This document shows positions 54,186-64,000 of a stretch of 64,000 bases of DNA, one piece after another. Source of the stretch: Eledone cirrhosa (Eukaryota); NCBI GenBank assembly GCA_964016885.1, contig OZ024740.1:383656001-383720000 (forward strand), in the 5' to 3' direction. Both the position numbers and the translations under genes were made by a program. Numbering within the stretch: the stretch's first letter is position 1; every line of letters starts with the position of its first letter. The notes under the pieces are model-generated. The model saw only the letters and a program-made list of their open reading frames with translations, made no database searches and had not been told where the DNA came from.

Positions 54186-57100
54186 TTGTTTTTCCATCAT
54201 AGGCAATCCACAATATAAGATATGTTATGCATTCAGTTCGCACCATTGTTTTCTATCTGTCACAAGATTAGCAGAAGCTTCACTAAATCTGAAATTGCAT
54301 CCGAGGAAGTCTTCATTAATTTCTAAAATGTATATAATTCACAAGGTTCCTCTAACAGGATGTGAAATTGTATTTTTGTAGCTCAAGTTTGAAAAAGTGG
54401 TATAATGCATTTATATATATATATATTCAGATCTGGTTTATATTCCTAATTGATAAATTTTAGAAAACGAATTAATATACTTGGCAAATTGAAAATAATT
54501 GTAAAACATAAAGAAAAATATATCATTCATAACTATGAATTAATTCACATTAATATTTCTAAATCGTATAAAAACAATTATGATATAGTTATGATATACC
54601 TTTACTAGTTACCTATCGATATATATTCTTCAGGGTAATAAACATATAGGTTCAGTAAATTGAGGGACAATATACCCTACTGCATATAGTTTTTTTACAG
54701 CCTTAATCCACTTTCACCACTCCGTGTTATATAAAATATTTATTTAAAAAGTGCTGGGGTTGGCTAATCATGTATAGCCACCCACCAAAAATTGTAGACA
54801 TGTGCTCAAGTTAGAAATCAATATATTTTCTTTCCTCCGATAGATTGTAAGCATCAGTTTGCCTTTATGTCTCTTTACATCCCGATAGTCAATTTCATTC
54901 TCCAGGATCGATATAATAAGTAACAGCAAAGTCAATATAATCGACAAGCACCCCACTAAAATATGTGGAGTCATGCCTGTATGATAATTCGATATATTTT
55001 ATTTTAAACTACTTAAATTTTAAAAATAATCAGTCTACTTTATTTAGTCATATTAAATCTTATACAGCAAGATCTGTTCTATTAATTTAATTTCCTTACG
55101 TGAGGTCTTTGAAAACACTATTTCTAAATTCATTTTATCTTTATATTGATTCCTTTTAATAATTGTTCAATTAATCGCTATTAAGTTTTGAGTAAGCAAT
55201 ATATAGGCTCTCCAGAAAATTGTGTAGAACAAATTTGTGTTATATTCTTATGTTCTTTATCGAAGCTCCCAAAATTGGCTTAAACCAAATAAAAAAAAAT
55301 CTGAGAATTTGTCTTCAACATCTTTTCATGTCCATTTATAATTGCATGACGAATGCGCAAATGAGACTCTAATGCACATGCACAGATACACACACATATG
55401 TATGTGGGTCTGTTTGTATTTATATATATATATGTATATGTATACAGAGACGCCAAGATTTGTATACAGATTTCAGGAAAAGAAAACGCTTTTATAAACA
55501 TTTCTCTTGTTTAAGCAACTCTCTAAATATAACATCTTTCGGAGTGTGTGTACATTTTATTGGCCAACTCTGTATATATATATATATATGTGTGTGTGCG
55601 TTTGTATTGTGTATGCGCGTGTGTGTGTGTGTGTGTGTGTGTGTGAGTGTGTGTGTGCGTGTGTGTGTGTGTGTCTGTCTGTGTGTGCGTATATGTTTAT
55701 GTATGTATGCACGAATGTCTGTATGTATTTGTGTGTGTGTGTGTATCAGTGGAAAGTAGCTAGTGAGTACTGCCTGACAAAATAACTGCCATTTTGCATT
55801 TACATGCATTCCATTTCCAATTACGCCCACCTTATACTGTTATTCTCCTTCCTGAGGTTTCATGATGAATAACAGACAACTATTGAAATACATTTAATCG
55901 ACTGAAACATCTTGAATTTTTTAGTGACAGTTGAATGACTGAAACAAGTAAAACATTTAAAGAGCTTACAGAAATACCTAACCTGATGCTCTGCAAGATA
56001 TGGTCCTCAAGCAGATGCAAAATAATTTGTGACGAAATGTACTACTATCAGACCACCGTATTTTACACAGTTAGAAAAAATGGAACTATGACATAAACAT
56101 TTTAGCAAGATATATCTCAACGTAAAACTGCCATGAAATGTACAGTTATATGTAATAAAAAAGCAGGTTGTCGTGACCAGTTAAAACAATGTAACATCAA
56201 ATAGTACCAACAGGGAAAATAACAATTGGAGCACCATTCCGAATTATATTAGTAAGACAAATCACAATAACATCTACAACGGGCCAGATCCTAATGTATG
56301 CACTCAGCTTCTCAGCACGGTATAAAACACAAACGGGAAGGATAAAGAGTCACCTTAGAACAAAACATTGGTAGAATATTGTTACATTTCCCATTATATT
56401 ACACGAAAGCGTAAACCTGAATCGAAGTTTTCAGCCGAGTGAGCACCAAAAATGTTATCCAAAGATAAGCTAGTGTTGTAAAATTGTGCGAGGGATTTAG
56501 ATTATCACCTATAGTCTCAGAATGTGAATTGCTGGTTCAAATACCGACGGTTTAACGCTACCAACAATCTACTGCACTTAATTGATGCAATCTTTTATCA
56601 ACCACGAGCGAAGTAGAGCAATGAAAACCATGTGAGTAGGGATGAACTAAAATTGAAGTTAATCAAAACAAATAACGTAATAACTTTGTTCCACAGTAAT
56701 GACTCTACTATTTAACCATCTAACGAGAAAACGATACTTTATTGTGTTTTTTTAACTGCTAGAAATGGTATCCAAATATGCATTATCATTCATGACACAC
56801 GGAAATTGAAATTAACTTAAAAAGGAGATTCTGCTGCAAATACAATTTAAATCTCCAAATCATATAACATTGTCTCAATGACACATATCTCGAAAAATAT
56901 CTGATAGTAATTTACTTACTACATGGGACTACAAGTTCAGAGTTGAAAAAGGGTTAAGTATCATAAGGAGCAGTAAACCGTTACCATAACAACCTCACTA
57001 TTTATAGTCTGCGTCCTTAGGCAATAGCAGCAATGTTAATCTATAAGATATTGTATGTCTATAATTCTCATTTGGAAAAAAGTGACGTCGGTGACCTGGC

Positions 57101-57515
57101 CGATCATTACCCGTTGGCCGCAACGCATCTGTTGGATAATTGAGAGATTGTCACCAAGGTAACTAAGAAGTCTCATTTTATACAATATTGGCTGCAATTA
57201 ATTTTCAGAGTACATGAACATGGGGTTGGTGGGTTAGTCGGCGACGACCCGACCATGTGGGTTAATTGTTGCCAGTAGCACTCGAGAGTGACCTGCTCTT
57301 CCAAAATATTTCTGTTTGTATGAAGTTATTGGTAGTACCTTTGTAGATCATATGGGCTATTGGACATATGTGAAATAGATATAATTTGCCTGCATCAGAA
57401 TATGTGCCATGTCCTCTCACTTGGCAGAGATAACCTATTGACGAATAGAAAATTAGATTCGTACATACGGAATCATACGTAATATAATTGCGGAAGGAAT
57501 GTATAGACGAGCACC

Positions 57516-57581
<66 letters not shown>

Positions 57582-58689
57582 AGACAGAGAAAAGCTTATC
57601 AGAAGTTCCAAGCAAACATTTCTTATAATTATCTCTCTTTGATACCAAACTGCAACCCATCCCGATGTTTATTTGATTGATGAGAATATGATTAACCATT
57701 CCCACGTGTATTCAGTATTCAATTTGTCAGATTACTTCTGAAATTATTATCACGAAAATTGACAGTTGATGAATACTCGGTGCTAATATCAATGAATATA
57801 TAGCAAATATTTTCAAACAGATGACACTTCCACTTTCAATGGTTTTAAGTAGAAACATCATCCTGATATTTAGTGTTCAAAAATAAAACAAGTTACAGGA
57901 AATCATCCAAATTTGCCAATGGCATGAATTTGTATGAATAAGTTGAGATGATGTACTGAATGCCGTTTGTCTAAGCACTCTTAATTAATTGAATATGCCT
58001 TTGTTGGTAGCAGAAAAAAGGAAACTTGGTGGCAATTGTGTGCGATTCCCAGTGCAAAGGGGGGATCATATCCAGAAAGTTAATTTAAATGTTTGTGAGC
58101 AACAAATGCCTGATGTTTGTTTGTAATATTCAGTAAGCTTCTACGCAAGTCATAGTCAGATATGTTTGAATCATATTTTGTATGAGGAACTCAAGAGAGT
58201 CAATGGCCATCCAATCAAACATTTACATATATACATACGTTTTTACTTTTATATATATTTATATGGGTATATCTTCTGTCCTTTATCTTTACCTTTTTTA
58301 AAAATTACACTGTAATCTTTTTACATTTTAGCATTTTAATATTTTTCTCCTACATAGGGGAACTCCAATGTAAATCTTCATACTATTTGTCACACTGAGT
58401 AACAACTTCATGAATCAGAACGTGGAGATAGTGTTGTAAAAGCTACATCCACTTTAAAAATAATATTTCGCCCGGGTACTTCTTGTGCACTTCCATCGTT
58501 ATTTAAGATCACAACGAGGGGTTGGCAGTAACCTAAAAATGCTTCCATAATTCTAATTGTAATGTCTCACACAACGTCAGTAAATGAAAGAAAGGTGTTG
58601 GGATCTTCCAGTGAACAGGTCTGGCCTGGCAGGTGCCCTAAGATGACACAGACTGGTGCCGATAATCATCCTTCTACTGTGACAAAAAA

Positions 58690-59790
58690 CAAACAATCAG
58701 CCAAAAAATAAACGTAGTGTCAGTGTGAAGTTTGCTTGGAATGCACTTAATCCCTTAAACAACAATAAGTCTGATGAAGCAAAACGTCGCACAGCATTAA
58801 TTGCAAAAAAAAATTGCTAAATATGATCTGGAGACTGTTGCGTTATCTAAGACATTTCTACCTGGAGATTACAGACGTATTGAACTGCCATTATGTTACA
58901 CTTTCTTTTGGAAAGGTTTGCCTCAAGAGTAAAGTAGAGATTTAGGTGTTTGTTTTCTAATTAAAAGCTCAATCTTAGACCGTATCCAACAGTTTCCAAG
59001 CAGTGTATCTGAACATATGATATCTTTCCTGCTACAGATAACAGATCGATTCTTGACAATTGTGTTTATACATCAACAATGTCACATTCCATTGAAAGCA
59101 TTAAAAACATTTATCAGAATTCGGGAGACTGGAATGAATAGTTCCAAGGGAAGAGAAGCTAGCCATCATGGGTGACTGTAATGCTAAAGTGCGAGTAGAT
59201 CAACGGAAAGTGGCCTGTTCTTTGGAAAGCTTGGCATTCGGAAATCCAACGAAAACGGAATATCATTTCTCACATTTTGGACTAAAGACCAGCTGGCTAA
59301 CCCAAATACTTTCTTTAAAAAACCCCACATGAATGCAGCCTAGATCTAAGTGTTAGCACCATCTTGACTATATATTAGTTCACAAGGCAGCTTTGAAGGA
59401 TGTCACTAGTGTCCGAGTAATGAAAGGTGCAGGATTCTGGACACACATAGGCTTATTGGGGGAAATTACAATTGGAAATGTCATTTCGAATGAATTTTGA
59501 GCATTTGAAATGGAGATCATAAAGCATGCAGAACTGAACAGAAAGTGCGGAAAAACGATCTTCAGTAATAATGATGAATCTTATCCAGCATTGGTTTTCG
59601 AATGTCCTGTGCTCCCTAAGGTGTGCCTTTCGAATGCTGCTTTGGAATCACACTCATGAGCACATGATGGTAAAAAAGTTGAATATTTAAACTTCGTTGC
59701 ATAGAATCAGTTCCAGTGCCATGTTTGTCAGAATATTTGCTAATCAGATGGTCGTGTGAAGTGACATCTGAACATACACAATAAGCAAAT
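58690..59790 (+). mobile_element. Decayed, internally deleted RTE-like LINE (APE remnant plus C2H2-like motifs)
   Basis: RRTALIAK..YDLETVALS..YTFFWKG..GVCFLIK, IMGDCNAKV; later CPV..C..H..H and CHVCQNIC..H..H; no RT core seen. Confidence 0.65.
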
Positions 59791-59837
59791 CCAAAGTGGA
59801 ATCAAGAACGAAATGAGATATCATTATATTATATGTT

Positions 59838-60015
59838 GCGGTGGATTTCCAGTATCGGTAGAGAGTCGGACGCCATGCTTTGACGCATAGAGTTACGGCC
59901 CTTGTCATTCTGAGTTCAAATCCCGCCGAGGTTAACTTTGCCTTTCATCATTACGGGGTCGATAAAATAAAGTACCAGTAATGCGCTGGCCTTGTGTCAA
60001 AAGTAGAAACAATTA
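59838..60015 (+). mobile_element. tRNA-derived SINE
   Basis: Matches the SINE consensus. Confidence 0.85.
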
Positions 60016-60192
60016 AATTATATGTGGATGTGTGTTTCACCGGCTTTCAGGACTCAAAAACCATTTGAGATTTCATGCCAGGAAGGAACAGACAAAGTGC
60101 AAGAAGTGGGCAAGCTGTGTATTGAACAGATGACTTTCATGTATGTATGTATGTATGTATGTATGTATGTATGTATGTATGTATGTATGTAT

Positions 60193-61375
60193 GTCGGGTC
60201 ATTGGCGACTAAACTGGCAACCCCACCAAGGTTTCTTGGTGAGGAGGGTGACTTTGGACATCCTGCAGGACTAAAAACAAAACCTGTCAAAGGGCAAAGG
60301 AGCTCTTAAGAGTCAATGGCCATCCAAAATCACCGGGAGAGATGACCCCTTAGCCTTTGTCAAGGCAGAATTCTAGGAGAAGGAAAACTCTGATATAACA
60401 CCTGCAACCCTGATGGTATTCAATGATGTTGACTTGTTCTTCTTTTTGGTAAATATCATCTTGGTTAAGAGAGTGAGACTGGCTTTGTGCAGTGCCTTTG
60501 CTCACTATAAAAGCTTCACGGCACAGGCATTGCTTTATATCAGGAGATCTCTCTGCACTTGTCGTCACATGGTACCATGGGCCCAGCAATATGGGTAAAT
60601 AATTGTCACAAGTGCAGTGTTTGTACCAGAGTTTTCAAGTCGCTGGCGGGAATAAAAAGTCACACTCGTTCAGCGCATCAGTAGGGGTTCTCCTACATGG
60701 ATATGAAGTAGTGGCCGTACTCGAAAACGAGTTGGCAGCCACCATGTATGTATGTATGTCAGGTCACCAGTTGGTGCTACTGGTAACATATATACCAGTA
60801 CAACCTGTCTCATCGTCAGGTCGTTGGCGACTAAACTGGCAACCGCACCAAGGTTTCTTGGTGAGGAGGGTGACTTTGGACATCCTGCAGGACTAAAATC
60901 AAAACCTGTCAAAGGTCAAAAGGGCACAGGAGCTCTTAAGAGTCAATGGCCAGACAAAATCACCGGGAGAGATCACCACTTAGCCTTTGTCAAGGCAGAA
61001 TTCTAGGAGTAGGAAAACTCTGATATAACACCTGCAACTCTGATGGTATCCAATGATGTTGACATGTTCTTCTTTTTGATAAATATCATCTTGGTTAAGA
61101 GAGTGGAACTGGCTTTGTGCAGTGCCTTTAGTCACTATAAAAGCTTCACGGCACAGGCATTGCTTTATATCTGCAGATCTCTCTGCACTTGTCGTCACAT
61201 GGTACCATGGGCCCAGCACTATGTGTCAATAATTGTCACAAGTGTAGTGTTTGTACCAGAGTTTTCAAGTCGCTGGCTGGACTAAAAAGCCACACTCGTT
61301 CAGCTCATCGGTAGGAGTTCTCCAACATGGATATAAAGTAGTGGCCGTACTCGAAAACGAGTTGGCAGCCACCAT
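60193..61375. repeat. Tandem pair of ~555-bp units (period ~625-630 bp) bounded by (GTAT)n
   Basis: ~60193-60745 and ~60816-61375 align end to end. Confidence 0.9.
60671..60743 (-). ncRNA. HDV-like ribozyme candidate (second copy at 61301-61373)
   Basis: P1 GGTGGCT/GGCCACT with G1-U, P2 CAACTC/GAGCTG, short P3, P4-like TAGGAG/CTCCTA, J4/2 CTGAT (consensus of both copies); P1.1 not evident. Confidence 0.45.
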
Positions 61376-61400
61376 GTATGTATGTATGTATGTATGTATG

Positions 61401-64000
61401 TTCTTCTGGTTTTATAATTTCACAATTTTTTGCCAAAAGAGAGAGAGTCGGTTTCTAACCAAGACACAAGATTCTCTTATTGGAATTTACACATCAACTA
61501 GGTAGATTATGTATGCATGCATGCATGCATGTGTAGATATGGATGTTAGTGTATTGTGGATGTTTTGAGTTGTATGTGTTACACGTGTATATGCTTTGTA
61601 TCGGTACAATGGAATGTTTTACATATTTCTACTGTTCCATTAATGTATGGTACTTGTAATTTCCTAACTAGTTGTGTTCTCTCTGTTCCTGTGAAGCCTA
61701 GCTTCTCAAGATTTGTATTGAGGCAGTTACTAACATACCCCAGTGCCCCAATAATCACAGGCAGAAATCTGAAAGTGTAATCGGGGTGGAGTATCTGCAA
61801 ATTTCTCATCAGTTCTGCATAAACATTCTCCTTTTCGCTAATCTTCGATATTATATTGGCATCTGCTGGGCAGCTAACTTCCACTACTGTGCATGCTTTC
61901 TTTTCCCTGTTCCATATCATAATATCTGGGCTGTTATGCCTGCATTTTATTGGGGTTTTTACTGGAACATTCCACCAGTACTCTTTCATATTATGTACAT
62001 GGATATCTTCCACATTGCTGTAGCTTTTAATGTGTTTATTATCGGGGCTATCTTTTTTACGAACTGCATTGTACAGTATTGTGGCCACTACATCATACTT
62101 CATAGGTAAAGAGTACCGCGATAACATCTTTGGACAGCTGCTGATGACATCTTTGATATATCGATGTTAGTTCTGCAGAGTCTGCACTTGTTATCACTTC
62201 TAGGTGTTTTTCCTGCAACCCTATCTCTTTTTTGAATCAGGTATTTCGTGTTAATCTCCTGTTCTTGGATTGCAAAAGCTTATCCTTCAAAGTGGGAGCC
62301 AATATAGCGTTATTGGTCCAAGATAGACTACTTTCCTTATCTATATTACTCTCACTCTGGAGCTTCGTGGCAACATATCCATGCATTATTTTATCCATGG
62401 ATTCACTGCGATACTGTTGAGCGACTTCCCTGGGTGTGAGTTTTTGATTATCACACAGGGAATATCTCTCGATGATTTCCCTACCAACTCTCATGATCTT
62501 ATCTGTTTCATGCAGATAGACTTGCACGAAAAACGAGCTCCTACGTTTCGAGGTTCGTAGATGTTGTCGGAGACATATGATGCGACATTCAAATGTTGTC
62601 TGGACTGATGTTAGGCTCTGCCTCCCTGCTTACGTTTCAAGTAAAGGCGGTCTATCTCACTGTTGATGGGGAAGTTTCCGGTGTTGTTTAGTATTTTTCG
62701 AATTCCAACATCAACTGCTCGGATTTCGTCTATCGTCCAATTGAGTATTCCAAACGTTGGTGTTAGGACAGGCACTGCAAACACATTGTGAGCCACTGTT
62801 TTGTTTTGCGCAGAGAGTTCCGATGACCAGATCTTTCTTAATCGGGTGTAGTATTCCCTGGTTACGTGTTCTTTATTACAGATACCATTATAGGATATGT
62901 TCTCATTTATCCCCAGGTATCTGTAGCAGTCCTCATCAGATATCGGTGAAACAGTTAGGCCATTGATGACAATGTTTCTAGATTGGGTTGTTGTTATTCC
63001 CCGCTTTACAGTCATGTATGAGCATTTATCTTGGCTAAACTCCATTCCTATATCCTTTGTGAACGTTGTAACCAAGTCAAGACTTTTCTTCATCCCATCC
63101 ATGTTCTTGACATAGAGTTTCAGATCGCCCACAAAGAAATTATGGGATAGGTTCGTATTTCTGTCCTCCTGTGAGCCAATGATGTATGCCTCACATTTCT
63201 TGAGCAGAAAGTACAAGGGGTTTAATGACAAGATGAATAATATCACAGAGAGACTGTTCCCCTGAAATATACCACTGCAATATTTTATTTCATCAATGAA
63301 AATAGAATCCTCCCTCTCTGTCTTTAACCTTAGGATAGTAGCCCAAGAAGAAGACAGCCTCTCTATGGCTCTGACAATAATGTCTGGGACTTTAGCAAGT
63401 TGGAGGGCCTCTATCATTCAAGAGTGGGGAACATAATCTAAAGCTTTCCTGTAGTCCAACCAGACTGTAGCCATAATCCTCTTAAGTTGTCGCACCTCCG
63501 ACATCGCAGTTTTGTTGATTAGGAGTTGTTCAGCACATCCCCAAAACACTTTCTTTCCAGCTGCTTGTTCATCTGTGATGATGTTATTATTTTTACAGTG
63601 ATCTTGGAGGAATAGGTTCAGGCAGGCTGTATACATGTTATACATCAGGTTCTGGCATGCAATGGGTTGGTAGTATTTGGCCAAATGGGTGTCTTTGTTC
63701 TTGGGGACCAGTAATGTTTGTGCTAATGTCAACCATTCTGGTATGAGTGTATCTCCCTTAAGAACTTGTTGGTAGAGGTCAGTAAGATACCTCCGATAGA
63801 AAATCAATTGTTTGTACCAATAGCCGATAATCATGTCTCTTCCTGGTGTTTTCTTATCTTGGACTTTTCCTATCACAGTCTCAAGGGTACCCCCACTTAT
63901 TTCGTATGTTTTTGTTGTAGTGTATGAGCAATAATTCTTTCGGATTTCTCTTAGCCACACTGCATCTTGGTTGAAATTCTTCTTTTCTCCCCATATTTTG
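61401..64000 (-). mobile_element. R4/Dong-like non-LTR retrotransposon (second family), runs off the window
   Basis: KTPGRD, YQPIAC, WLDYRKALD, GIFQGNSLS, FVGDLKLY, YRYLG; CRLC, SPDIMIW..VEVSCP..KENVY; 3'UTR ends in (CATA)n. Confidence 0.9.

Noticed and set aside
57262-57705. 147-aa minus-strand ORF as a host gene
   Set aside because: Crosses a microsatellite, has no recognisable domain and no convincing splice structure.
58770-58790. CTGATGA motif
   Set aside because: Lies in RTE endonuclease coding remnant; no stems or properly placed GAAA.
60640-60700. Type III hammerhead reading of CTGATGA-GCTG..CAGC on the minus strand
   Set aside because: Followed by GACTT rather than GAAA, and the triplet would be AUG; an HDV-like fold fits better.

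Overview
Eukaryotic, AT-rich, microsatellite-dense, repeat-dominated DNA with no recognisable host gene. The SINE family and repeat make-up suggest a cephalopod such as Octopus (inference only). It holds several Penelope-like retroelements (PLEs, RT plus GIY-YIG), including a young ~4.14-kb head-to-tail array whose consensus ORF (~1210 aa) has a ~160-aa Asn-rich insert. It also holds L1/Tx1-like, R4/Dong-like, RTE-like and CRE-like LINE remnants, a Helitron remnant, tRNA-derived SINEs and a 200-N gap. The most striking unannotated layer is non-coding RNA. Roughly 15-20 intact, degenerate or partial type I hammerhead ribozyme (HHR) motifs were found by eye, mostly between 9.5 and 37 kb. They occur in a 3x ~2-kb non-coding tandem array, a 492-bp tandem dimer, a back-to-back palindrome and PLE pseudo-LTRs. 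A duplicated HDV-like ribozyme candidate lies at ~60.7 and ~61.3 kb. All folds were derived by manual pairing and are untested.
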